Both the position numbers and the translations under genes were made by a program. This document shows, piece after piece, positions 13,320-22,512 of a DNA stretch of 64,000 nt; the stretch's first letter is position 1; the number at the start of each line of letters is the position of its first letter. The DNA comes from a virus (lineage: Duplodnaviria > Caudoviricetes), in the IMG/VR virus record IMGVR_UViG_3300032319_000326, positions 1 to 64,000 of that record; one strand, written 5' to 3'. The notes beneath the pieces were generated by a model. The model was not told where the DNA came from, searched no databases, and worked only from the letters and a program-made list of their open reading frames with translations.

Positions 13320-14639
13320 ATGAAGTTTGAAGAATTATGGAATCAATGTATAGAGTTCAATATTGAACAAAAACCAGAAGAATATAAACAATTAATAGAA
13401 TTGTTAAACTCTAAAGCAAATAAAAAATATGCATTAGAGATAGGATCTAACTATGGTGGAACAACAGTTGGATTTTGTAATATATTTGAAAATGTAATTA
13501 CAATCGATATTAAACATCATGAAAATTTTGATAAACTTAAAGAGAAATTTCCAAATTATAATTATTTGATTTCCGACAGTAAATCAAATGACACAGTTAA
13601 TTTTATAAAGTCTTTGGGAATTAAATTTGATTTTATTTTTATTGATGGTGATCATAGTTACGACGGAGTTAAAAGTGACTATGAAAAATACAAACAATTT
13701 TTAGCCTCTGATGGCCATATTGGATTTCACGATATCATTAGTAGTGATCAAAATAAAAAAAATAATATTAACGTGGATATTTTATGGAATGATATTAAGA
13801 AATTTTATAAAAAAACGTATGAATATTTTCATGACCAAAAAACTAATTTATACAAAGCGGATAACTTGTTTCATAATATAGTAAAAGATGTTAGTTATAG
13901 TTCATGGGGAGGAATTGGAATATTAGAAAATACAAATGTTGCTGTGTTTGTACACAACTATTTGGACAATGATTGGAATACAATCGTTAATGAACAACTT
14001 TTAAAATTAAAAAACTCAGGATTATACACTCGGGCTGACAAAATATATTTTGGGGTATATTCAAAATCACATGATGACTATTATAAATTTAAAAAACAAA
14101 TTGACAATCTGGATTCGGATGTTAAGATAGAAATTGTAAGATATACAGATAATAATCTAGAATTTAATACGTTGTGTAATTTGCAAAATTATTGTAGGCT
14201 AAATCCAAGCAGTTATATTTTGTACTATCATACAAAGGGATCATCTAGGCAACCGTCTGATTTTGTATACAAAAATGTGACCTCTTGGAGACATTGTTTA
14301 GAATATTTTGTTATTGAAAAATGGAAAATTTCTTTGTTAAATTTAATAGAAGATAAATCAGATTTATGTGGATCTTTATATTTAACGAGTTTTAAATTTT
14401 TAAATTATGAATATAGAAATTATTATTCTGGAAACTTTTGGTGGGGCAGTGCCAGTTATATAAATACACTGCCTAATTTGACACGTTCTAAATCATTTTA
14501 TTTTGATAATAAGGTTGAGATGGAACTTTGGATAGGAAAATCGGCACATAGGTGGATAAATTACTATGGGGAAAATGTTAGTTCTTGGTATGAACATCAT
14601 TTTGATTCTGATATTTATCAAAAAGTTAACTACTTATAA
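13320..14639 (+). CDS. SAM-dependent methyltransferase (Methyltransf_24-like) fused to a putative glycosyltransferase domain
   Basis: LEIGSNYGG, FIFIDGDHSY, FHD; C-terminal YYHTKG...GNFWW. Confidence 0.8.
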   Translation: MKFEELWNQCIEFNIEQKPEEYKQLIELLNSKANKKYALEIGSNYGGTTVGFCNIFENVITIDIKHHENFDKLKEKFPNYNYLISDSKSNDTVNFIKSLGIKFDFIFIDGDHSYDGVKSDYEKYKQFLASDGHIGFHDIISSDQNKKNNINVDILWNDIKKFYKKTYEYFHDQKTNLYKADNLFHNIVKDVSYSSWGGIGILENTNVAVFVHNYLDNDWNTIVNEQLLKLKNSGLYTRADKIYFGVYSKSHDDYYKFKKQIDNLDSDVKIEIVRYTDNNLEFNTLCNLQNYCRLNPSSYILYYHTKGSSRQPSDFVYKNVTSWRHCLEYFVIEKWKISLLNLIEDKSDLCGSLYLTSFKFLNYEYRNYYSGNFWWGSASYINTLPNLTRSKSFYFDNKVEMELWIGKSAHRWINYYGENVSSWYEHHFDSDIYQKVNYL

Positions 14640-14659
14640 TTAGTTCTTTAAAATTTTAT

Positions 14660-15045
14660 GGGGATGTGTAGATTCGACATAGATAAATATCTATTGTTAG
14701 GCACGTAGAGGATAATAGTTGGCCTCTTTAAAAGTTCTATTGAAAATTAACTGCTGAAGATAACGTAGTTAGCTATGACTTCTCTTATGATGACGTTGTA
14801 GCCCTTGCAGCCTAAGTTGTTGCACATTCAATACAATGAAGTCTGATAGTTGTATTGGGTGTAAATTATTGGACTGGGCCAAATATTTGATTTGCGTAAA
14901 TGGCTGAGAAAATGGTAAATCTTAAGAGTAATATTTTTAGATATTTTTAATTATTACTTCCCAACAATTTAAAATATATAAACGTGTAGTCTGGCAGTAA
15001 TAATTTTTTATGGACGCGGGGTGCGACTCCCCGCCATCTCCACCA
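14660..15045 (+). ncRNA. ssrA: tmRNA; tag frame 14753-14815 AEDNVVSYDFSYDDVVALAA*
   Basis: GGGGATG...GATTCGAC 5' end, G3:U70 acceptor with CATCTCC-ACCA, ALAA-ending tag. Confidence 0.93.
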
Positions 15046-15078
15046 TTTTATCTTATAACCCAATGGGTTATTTAGTTG

Positions 15079-15111
15079 ACCCCGGCGCCGTTATTGGCCC
15101 GGGGTTTTTTT
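15079..15111 (+). terminator. intrinsic terminator after tmRNA
   Basis: ACCCCGG/CCGGGGT plus T-run. Confidence 0.8.
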
Positions 15112-15148
15112 ATTCAAAGTTTATATTTTGAATGTGTATATTTATATA

Positions 15149-15562
15149 ATGATGAAAAGATATAGTTTATTATACGAATCAAGCATATATGATTATCTAG
15201 TATGGGAACCAACTGGAAAATTGCAATATATTGCGGATGAATTGGATAAAATTCCAATCGACAGTTCTAAACTTTATAGAGGAATGTCTGAAAAAGAGTA
15301 TAATATCTTAAAGAGTACTGGTAAAGTTACGTCGAGAGGTAGAGGAAATACCAGAAACATTGTGGGTAGTTATCTAGCGAGTGATTTTAAATTGGCAGCT
15401 AGGTTTGCGTTGGTCAACTACAGAGACAAGGGAGAAGGTATAGTGGTTGTAATAGATAAGAGTAAGTTACCTGATTTAAAAAATGTAGATCCGGGTAATT
15501 ATGTTACTAGTTATATACCGATAGAATCAGTAACCAAAATTATAGATTTAAAAAAGTTATGA
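15149..15562 (+). CDS. putative ADP-ribosyltransferase-like protein
   Basis: KLYRGMSEKE...SYLAS pattern; start placed at the ATG after TATTTATA. Confidence 0.6.
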   Translation: MMKRYSLLYESSIYDYLVWEPTGKLQYIADELDKIPIDSSKLYRGMSEKEYNILKSTGKVTSRGRGNTRNIVGSYLASDFKLAARFALVNYRDKGEGIVVVIDKSKLPDLKNVDPGNYVTSYIPIESVTKIIDLKKL

Positions 15563-15744
15563 GTAATATTAAACTAACAAAGGCCGAGGCTGAAAAGAAA
15601 GTGTATCAATTAACCGAAGATCTTTTACATGTTAGAAAAGATTTTAAGGATGTAGCTAGTGGATACAAAGATCGAATGAAAGAGATTGAAAGTGAGATTA
15701 AAGCTATCGTAGAAGAAGCTTCAGCTGGAGATCCAACTAAGTAA
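15559..15744 (+). CDS. small coiled-coil protein
   Basis: ATGA overlap with the upstream gene. Confidence 0.75.
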   Translation: MSNIKLTKAEAEKKVYQLTEDLLHVRKDFKDVASGYKDRMKEIESEIKAIVEEASAGDPTK

Positions 15745-15748
15745 AACA

Positions 15749-15780
15749 AAACCCGGTGTTAAAACCGGGTTTAATTTTTT
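15749..15780. terminator. bidirectional terminator
   Basis: AAACCCGGT/ACCGGGTTT between convergent genes. Confidence 0.7.
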
Positions 15781-15781
15781 A

Positions 15782-16060
15782 TTATTTAACTATTGGTTTG
15801 AAAGTACCGTCTTTCAAACTGAGACTACCGTCGCCATATTTTTGGCTCAAGGAATTTAGAATATCAGATTCTTTTTGTTGGAGTTTTTTCCAGTTATCAA
15901 ATATTTCGGTTCGTTTATTTTTCAAGTCTTGTAACTGTTGTTCCAAGTCTGTTTTTTCCAATTCTAATTGTCCTAATGTATAAATAGATTGTTGATAACC
16001 TAATTGTAATTTATCAATAGATTGCATTTCTGTGTCAGTAAATTTTACGATATCGTTCAT
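15782..16060 (-). CDS. conserved phage coiled-coil protein
   Basis: LGQLE...KYGDGSLSLKDGTF; only convincing minus-strand gene. Confidence 0.8.
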   Translation of the reverse strand: MNDIVKFTDTEMQSIDKLQLGYQQSIYTLGQLELEKTDLEQQLQDLKNKRTEIFDNWKKLQQKESDILNSLSQKYGDGSLSLKDGTFKPIVK

Positions 16061-16232
16061 ATTTTAACAATATATATCTGTACCATGTGAATTTTAGTTA
16101 TTTTAAATTATTTGATTAAAATTAAATTTGACAACGTTCTAAATGTATGTATTAATAGATTATAGTCTAAGGCTGGTAATCTTTGACTATTATATGTATA
16201 CCAATTATTAAACACACAATGTAGTTGTAAAT

Positions 16233-16424
16233 ATGTTAGCCAAGAATATTATATCAAACGAACGACAATCAAAGTATGTCGTTATCAGAAACGGTCTGCG
16301 AGTTTCAGATTCAGAATATCAGAATAGGGACGAAGCTAAGCCCGAATACGATCATTGGAACAAAGTTATTGCACGTTGGCCAGATGGTAGTAAGCTTGAA
16401 ATCGTTGAAACGAAAGGTAAATAA
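16233..16424 (+). CDS. hypothetical protein
   Basis: 63-aa ORF coupled to the next gene. Confidence 0.7.
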   Translation: MLAKNIISNERQSKYVVIRNGLRVSDSEYQNRDEAKPEYDHWNKVIARWPDGSKLEIVETKGK

Positions 16425-16654
16425 TGAATACTGAAATATTTGGATTAAAGGAAAAAATTGCTAGGGCTACTAGCGATCAAGAAATAGCAAAGCTATTGAC
16501 TATTGGTAATACATACAAATTTGCAAGTGCTAGAACCCGTGCTTCATGGAAGAATGTAGGTTTTAAAGTTCTTGAGAATTTGAAAAATACTAGTCTACCA
16601 AAGAAAGAAATGTCTGATATTAAACCCACCAAGTCAAAAAAGACACCTAAGTAA
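16424..16654 (+). CDS. hypothetical protein
   Basis: 76-aa ORF followed by a terminator. Confidence 0.7.
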   Translation: MNTEIFGLKEKIARATSDQEIAKLLTIGNTYKFASARTRASWKNVGFKVLENLKNTSLPKKEMSDIKPTKSKKTPK

Positions 16655-16675
16655 ATCAAGATTATAATTTGTTTG

Positions 16676-16704
16676 AAAGACGTTACTAACGTAACGTCTT
16701 TTTT
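16676..16704 (+). terminator. intrinsic terminator
   Basis: AAAGACGTTAC/GTAACGTCTTT plus T-run. Confidence 0.75.
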
Positions 16705-16731
16705 AGTTTATGATTGATATTTATTAAGTGA

Positions 16732-17088
16732 ATGACAGAATCATTTCATGTACTGACTTTGCCATCTGATTATGAAGAAATGGAAATCTTCATACAGAAT
16801 AACAAAGTCAAATTGACAGAACAAATTGTTTTATCGGTGCAATACGCACTAAGCAATGGATTTTCTTCTGTAGAGGTATTTAACTTTGAAGATTCTGATT
16901 TTATCGTCATATTAGATCAATCCGCTTTCAAAGATAATATAGATAATATTTTTGAGTATTATATTAAAACTGAACAATATGAGTTTTGTGATCGGTTAGT
17001 TAAATTAAAAAAACAAATAGAACAACATGAACAAAAACAACAAGAAATCAGATACAAGTCCAAAAGTTCATCAAGACGCAAAAATTAA
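16732..17088 (+). CDS. hypothetical protein (UVR-like EQYEFC tail)
   Basis: 118-aa ORF after the late-type motif. Confidence 0.75.
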   Translation: MTESFHVLTLPSDYEEMEIFIQNNKVKLTEQIVLSVQYALSNGFSSVEVFNFEDSDFIVILDQSAFKDNIDNIFEYYIKTEQYEFCDRLVKLKKQIEQHEQKQQEIRYKSKSSSRRKN

Positions 17089-17746
17089 AGATTCGATTAA
17101 AATTGATAATCGTATATTAACACCGAAACAAATTGAACTTTTAGAATTATTACAACACAAAAATACAAAATGTGTCTTTATTTCTGGTCCAGCTGGAACT
17201 GCCAAGACATATACATCAATATTAGCGGGTTTAAACTTATTGAATCAAAAAAGAATAAGTGAAATAATATATGTTAGAAGTATAGTTGAAAGCAGCGATA
17301 GTAAGTTGGGATTTTTGCCAGGAGAAATGGATGAAAAAATGAGTCCATATATTCAACCACTTATTGATAAGTTAGAAGAATTAGTACCAAAACACGATAT
17401 TGAAAAATTAAAAAAAGAAGAACGTATTCACGGATTTCCAATAAACTTTCTACGTGGATTAAGTTGGAATGCTAAATGTATTGTAGCAGACGAAGCACAA
17501 AACATGACTAAAAAAGAACTTACTACGTTAATCACGCGTGTGGGTGAATTTAGTAAATTATTCATTTGTGGTGATCCAGATCAAAGTGATATTAATGGTA
17601 AAAGTGGATTTGTACCTATGTTGAATATATTTGACGATGAAGAAAGTCGTAATAACGGTGTATACGTCTTTAAATTCGATGAAGAGGATATTGTAAGAAG
17701 TGGATTAGTCAAATTTGTATTAAAAAAACTTAAAACTCTGCATTAA
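17027..17746 (+). CDS. phoH: PhoH-family ATPase
   Basis: GPAGTAKT, LGFLPG, FLRG, DEAQN, GDPDQSD, DIVRSGLV. Confidence 0.95.
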   Translation: MNKNNKKSDTSPKVHQDAKIKDSIKIDNRILTPKQIELLELLQHKNTKCVFISGPAGTAKTYTSILAGLNLLNQKRISEIIYVRSIVESSDSKLGFLPGEMDEKMSPYIQPLIDKLEELVPKHDIEKLKKEERIHGFPINFLRGLSWNAKCIVADEAQNMTKKELTTLITRVGEFSKLFICGDPDQSDINGKSGFVPMLNIFDDEESRNNGVYVFKFDEEDIVRSGLVKFVLKKLKTLH

Positions 17747-17764
17747 TTATATTTATATATTATT

Positions 17765-19219
17765 ATGGCAGTATTATCTAATAACGGACGATTAATTTCT
17801 ACTTTACCCGCTACATCAATCATTAGCGCGACAGATGAATTTTTAATTCAGTCTAACGGCATTACTAAGCGTACCTCATATGCAGCGCTAACAAGTTCTA
17901 TTTTAAGCGCTGCTAGTTTCAATCCGTTTATTAATCAGGTAAAATTTACAAACGTCAATAATAAATTTACAGGTAGTTTTTATGGAAATGTATATGGTAC
18001 CTCTACAGGAACTAACATAACTATAACTGCCGGAGACGGATTAAGCGGTGGTGGTATATTAACGTCAAACAGATCTTTAGTGGTTGATTCTACTGTAGTA
18101 AGAACTTCGGGTACACAAACTGTAGGTGGTTCAAAAACGTTTTCTTCTACAATTCTCGGAAATATAACATCGACTGGAACAAGTACATTTAGTACTATAG
18201 ATGTTAATGGTGGTACCATCGATGGCGCCACCGTAGGCGCTTCGTCTGCTACAACTATTATAGGTACAACAATTACTGCAAATACGGGATTTGTCGGTAG
18301 TTTAACTGGAAATGTAACCGGTAATTTAACCGGAGACGTTTATAATTCTACCACAACAAAAGTATTAGAAAGTGGTAATACTACTACAACACCAAATGGT
18401 GGCGTTTCATCCGCATATTTTTACGGAACTTCTTCTTATGCAAATCAAGCTCTTACGGCTGCTTATGCGGCTACAGGAGGAACCATTATAAATGGTATAC
18501 CAACCGCCGGTACCAGATATCAACTTTTAGCTAAAAATTCAGGTACAAATTACGACGTAAATTGGACCAATCCAATTACATCGAGTAATTTGGGCAATCC
18601 TAATAACTTAGTGGTTTGGGATGGAACTAAATCTATTAGAGATTATAATAATTTTTATTGGAATGGTATTGACACATATGTGTGTACAGCTAAATTACAA
18701 TTAGGCAAGTTAACTGCCCAATCACTATCTGGAAGTTTCTTTGGCGGTCCAACTGGATTCAGAAAACAAGGAAATATATTTGTAAGTTTTTGGGGTACTG
18801 GTAGTCGTGCTGTTACTGCAAGTTATGCTGCTACTGCAAGTTATTTAAATAGTAATGTTCCAAATCCACTTGGAATTTTAACTCAAACTTCTCCAAATGT
18901 GGCATCTACATATAAAGGATCATCATACACATATGCACATTCATTGGGTTCAACACCTTATTATTTTAGATCGGTTCTAATATGTAGTGATGTCGGAGGA
19001 GATCCTACTGCGGGATATATTAGATATGATGAAGTTGAAGCTGTGGCTATATACGATTCAAGTACTAATAATGAACATACTGCTATTACATCATGGACTA
19101 ATCCTACATATTTAGGAGCTTCATGTTTAAATAATGGATGGACAGTTAATAAAAAATCTGATGGAACTTCAGTAACACTAGATCCTACTTTATGGAAAAT
19201 TAAGTTCTATTATAAATAA
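17765..19219 (+). CDS. tail fibre-like structural protein
   Basis: T/G/S-rich beta repeats, AGDGLSGGG, GNVTGNLTG. Confidence 0.75.
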   Translation: MAVLSNNGRLISTLPATSIISATDEFLIQSNGITKRTSYAALTSSILSAASFNPFINQVKFTNVNNKFTGSFYGNVYGTSTGTNITITAGDGLSGGGILTSNRSLVVDSTVVRTSGTQTVGGSKTFSSTILGNITSTGTSTFSTIDVNGGTIDGATVGASSATTIIGTTITANTGFVGSLTGNVTGNLTGDVYNSTTTKVLESGNTTTTPNGGVSSAYFYGTSSYANQALTAAYAATGGTIINGIPTAGTRYQLLAKNSGTNYDVNWTNPITSSNLGNPNNLVVWDGTKSIRDYNNFYWNGIDTYVCTAKLQLGKLTAQSLSGSFFGGPTGFRKQGNIFVSFWGTGSRAVTASYAATASYLNSNVPNPLGILTQTSPNVASTYKGSSYTYAHSLGSTPYYFRSVLICSDVGGDPTAGYIRYDEVEAVAIYDSSTNNEHTAITSWTNPTYLGASCLNNGWTVNKKSDGTSVTLDPTLWKIKFYYK

Positions 19220-19237
19220 ATAACATACTTATAATAT

Positions 19238-19576
19238 ATGGCAACCAGTCCTTGTAATAATTTAAACGTAAAAACGCTGAGAATAAGTCAGTTAGCCGCT
19301 TCTACAGGTATTAATAATAATGATTTAATTGCAATTTCACAATTTGATTCCGTAAACAACGTTTATTATTCTAAAAAAGCTACTTGTAGTGGTTTGATAA
19401 CTTATTTTGGAACTGTAAATGGTTCTTATAAAGGTTCGTTTACAGGCAGTTTAAATATTCAATCTGGATTTACAGGATCGTTGACTTTAGCAAATACAGC
19501 CGGATCTGTAACCAGTAATTATTTGCCTGTTAAAATTAACGGCACTACCTATAAAATTTTATTATACAATCTTTGA
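19238..19576 (+). CDS. short fibre-like protein
   Basis: N-terminus paralogous to 19591 (SPCNNLNV); GSFTGS repeats. Confidence 0.7.
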   Translation: MATSPCNNLNVKTLRISQLAASTGINNNDLIAISQFDSVNNVYYSKKATCSGLITYFGTVNGSYKGSFTGSLNIQSGFTGSLTLANTAGSVTSNYLPVKINGTTYKILLYNL

Positions 19577-19590
19577 TACTTATATAATAT

Positions 19591-20754
19591 ATGCCAAGTC
19601 CTTGTAATAATTTAAATGTAGTCCCAATTAAGGTAAGTAAACTTGTAAGATATCAAAATCTTGATGCTAATGATTTTTTTCTTACTGTTGAATCTGGTTC
19701 TAGTTTAATTTCAAGACGTAGTACTTTAGCAGATTTAAAAAATGGACTTAACAAACTAACAGGCTCTTATACAGGCAGTTTTTTAGGAAGATTCAGTGGT
19801 AGTTTTACAGGCAGTTTTAAAGGAAAATTAAGTGGTAGTTTTAGTGGTAGTCATTATGGCAGTTTACTAAGCAAAAATACCGTAGCTAGTGGCAGTTTTA
19901 GTGGCAGTTACTGGGGCCGAATATTAAGCAAAAATACCAAAGCTAGTGGCAGTTTTAGCGGAAGTTTTAAAGGTAAAGCTAGTGGCAGTTTTAGCGGTAG
20001 TCATTATGGCAGTTTACTAAGCAAAAATACCGTAGCTAGTGGCAGCTTCAGTGGTAGTTTTAAAGGTAAAGCTAGTGGCAGCTTCAGTGGAAGTTACTGG
20101 GGACAAATATTAAGCAAAAATACCAAAGCTAGTGGTAGTTTCAGTGGCAGTCATTATGGAAAAGTAATAGGATCAAAAGGATCTTTAATTACCGGATCAT
20201 TTAGAGGAATCGATAATATTACAAATTTTAAAGGTACGGGTAAAAAAGTATCATTCAATGGTACTTCTAGTTACTCTGTAAGTGGCAGTTATGCTTTAAC
20301 AGCAAGTTATTTGGCCCCGTTAGGAAGTGGTGGAAATCCAACTGCATTTGCATTTGCATCTTGGACAGGAACAGTTGGAGGCATAACTCCACTTTCTAAA
20401 TATAATATTAGTAGTATAACGCGTGCCGGAACCCAACCAAGCGTCGCCTCTCAAAATCCGGGTGTATATTGTGATGTTGTATTTACAACGCCATGTATTG
20501 ATGCTAACTATACAGTATTGTCTTACTGTAGTTGGGATACACCAGCCGATATTTCTGCAGGGGGGACTGGAGGAGGAACATCTGTAAAATTTGAAGGTGA
20601 TTTGGGAACTAGTGTTGTGAGTAATAGAACATTGAATGGATTTAGAGTAACTGTATTTACCGGATGGCATGCTGGTACACCCGGTGACGGTGACGATTAT
20701 TATTTTAATACTGCACAATTTCCTGATTATAATTCTTTTGTTGTATTTAGATAA
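19591..20754 (+). CDS. tail fibre-like protein with SGSF repeats
   Basis: many S/TGSF units; fibre-tip-like C-terminus. Confidence 0.75.
   Translation: MPSPCNNLNVVPIKVSKLVRYQNLDANDFFLTVESGSSLISRRSTLADLKNGLNKLTGSYTGSFLGRFSGSFTGSFKGKLSGSFSGSHYGSLLSKNTVASGSFSGSYWGRILSKNTKASGSFSGSFKGKASGSFSGSHYGSLLSKNTVASGSFSGSFKGKASGSFSGSYWGQILSKNTKASGSFSGSHYGKVIGSKGSLITGSFRGIDNITNFKGTGKKVSFNGTSSYSVSGSYALTASYLAPLGSGGNPTAFAFASWTGTVGGITPLSKYNISSITRAGTQPSVASQNPGVYCDVVFTTPCIDANYTVLSYCSWDTPADISAGGTGGGTSVKFEGDLGTSVVSNRTLNGFRVTVFTGWHAGTPGDGDDYYFNTAQFPDYNSFVVFR
19756..20210 (+). repeat. imperfect coding repeats (AGTGGCAGTTTT; SGSFSGSHYG...SKNTxA units)
   Basis: repeated DNA blocks visible directly. Confidence 0.85.
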
Positions 20755-20756
20755 AT

Positions 20757-21224
20757 ATGGAAGAGTTTAAACACGCATACTGGGTTAATAAGAATGCAGA
20801 ACCGTGTTATACGTTATTTGTTCATACATTCGATGAATTAAATGAAGCTATCTTGAATAATAAAGCAATTGTTATGGATAAACAACATGAGTTTGTGTTA
20901 AAAACCGATCCTAATTTAATTTTTTTACCCGCTTATGTTTTTGATTTTAAAAATAAATCTATATCAATCAATATTGAAATTGCAAAGAAAGTAATTTTGA
21001 GTTTAATAAGATGTCGAAGAAATCAAATACTTGAAAAATTAGATTCTGTACAGTTAAAGTGTTTATCCAATATAGAAAAATTACAAAAAATTGAACGTGT
21101 AAAGCAAGAGTTAAGAGATTTACCTAATACAGTATTATCATCTATGTGTAGTTGTACAAAATTAGTTGACTTAAATCATATATCTCCTCCAATACTGACT
21201 ACATATGAAGAAATGATAAAATAA
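20757..21224 (+). CDS. putative tail fibre assembly chaperone
   Basis: IRxRRNxxLxxLD...KQELRDLP motif after a fibre gene. Confidence 0.65.
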   Translation: MEEFKHAYWVNKNAEPCYTLFVHTFDELNEAILNNKAIVMDKQHEFVLKTDPNLIFLPAYVFDFKNKSISINIEIAKKVILSLIRCRRNQILEKLDSVQLKCLSNIEKLQKIERVKQELRDLPNTVLSSMCSCTKLVDLNHISPPILTTYEEMIK

Positions 21225-21228
21225 TTTA

Positions 21229-21816
21229 ATGTTATATAAAATGAAGTTTTATCGGGAAAGTATTAAAGAACAATTTTTGGATGATTTTATAAATGAATTT
21301 AAAACTCTAAAAATTGATAATCAAATTAAAATTGATTCAAGTAATGAACATATATGTTCTGATAAAAATTTATTAAAAATATTAAATCAAAATCAATTCA
21401 ATTTATTCGATAAAGCACAAAATAATTCACAGTTAATTAATCTAAAAATTAATTTTAACTATTTTTTACAAAAATATAATTCAAAGTTTGTATATTTTTT
21501 ACAAAACAAATTTATAAATAGTTCTATTTTATTATCCGGCAACTTCTTATATCCTAAAAATGGTTATATGGGATGGCATACGAATGCCGATACGCCATAT
21601 TTACGATGTTATATTACATATTCTGAAAACGGAGATTCATATTTCAAATATAGAGATACTGATACTAAAGAAATAATAATTGATAAAGATAATATTGGTT
21701 GGACATCTAGATATTTTAATATTTCAGACAAAGAAGATGAACTTCTTTGGCACTGTGTTTATTCGAATACGAATCGGATAAGTATGGGGTATCGAATAAT
21801 AAATAATTTGAAATAA
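21229..21816 (+). CDS. cupin/2OG-Fe(II) oxygenase-like protein
   Basis: YPKNGYMGWHTN...WHCV...RISMG. Confidence 0.65.
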   Translation: MLYKMKFYRESIKEQFLDDFINEFKTLKIDNQIKIDSSNEHICSDKNLLKILNQNQFNLFDKAQNNSQLINLKINFNYFLQKYNSKFVYFLQNKFINSSILLSGNFLYPKNGYMGWHTNADTPYLRCYITYSENGDSYFKYRDTDTKEIIIDKDNIGWTSRYFNISDKEDELLWHCVYSNTNRISMGYRIINNLK

Positions 21817-21951
21817 AAATCTTGACATCTTTCCAAATCTGAATTATATATATTATTAGATGGTGATCTCGTAGACATCATCTACTATAGTGCTCGAGTG
21901 AGGCTATTAGGTTAATAAGTTCAATAGAATTATTAAAAGAAAGGTAAATAT

Positions 21952-22437
21952 ATGTCAGTAATTAAATATAGTCCGTTTACATTACGTCACGTTGATCGTG
22001 ATGAGTTTTTAACGCCATTTGACCGTGTATTCGATGAAGTATTCGCGGCACATTTTCCAGAACTAAATAAAGAATTAGGCGTTGGTTTCTTCGAAAAACA
22101 AAGTTATCCCCGTGTAGATGTTGTTGATTACAATGACCGGGTAGAAATTCTAGCAGAAATTCCCGGTCTTTCTAAAGAAGAAGTATCGGTTGATGTACAA
22201 GAAAACGTACTTACTATTAGTGGTCAAAAGATTCGAAAGCTAGAAGATACAGATCTACAAGATCGTAGATACATTCGCAGAGAATTAAAACATAGTAGTT
22301 TCAAACGTAGTTTTACGTTAGGCGATATCATTGATAAAGACGAACCATTGGCTAAATTTGAAAATGGTTTGTTGACAGTCACTCTTAATAAGTTGAAACC
22401 AACGGTGCCGACGAGTAAGAAAGTAAAGATTGATTAA
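21952..22437 (+). CDS. small heat-shock protein Hsp20
   Basis: PRVDV, AEIPG, SFKRSFTL, AKFENGLLTV. Confidence 0.95.
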   Translation: MSVIKYSPFTLRHVDRDEFLTPFDRVFDEVFAAHFPELNKELGVGFFEKQSYPRVDVVDYNDRVEILAEIPGLSKEEVSVDVQENVLTISGQKIRKLEDTDLQDRRYIRRELKHSSFKRSFTLGDIIDKDEPLAKFENGLLTVTLNKLKPTVPTSKKVKID

Positions 22438-22461
22438 TTAAGATTCAATCAATGTTATATT

Positions 22462-22491
22462 AACCCCCGTTATTAAATTAACGGGGTTTTT
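22462..22491 (+). terminator. intrinsic terminator
   Basis: CCCCGTTA/TAACGGGG plus T-run. Confidence 0.8.
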
Positions 22492-22512
22492 ATTTTATAG
22501 ATATTTATATAT

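Noticed and set aside
3310-15045. RNase P RNA or rRNA in the RNA-rich region
   Set aside because: No GAGGAAAGTCC-type P4 signature or rRNA-like sequence was seen.
21857-21951. CIRCE or ROSE element before hsp20
   Set aside because: Hairpins exist, but there is no TTAGCACTC-N9-GAGTGCTAA and the SD is not sequestered.
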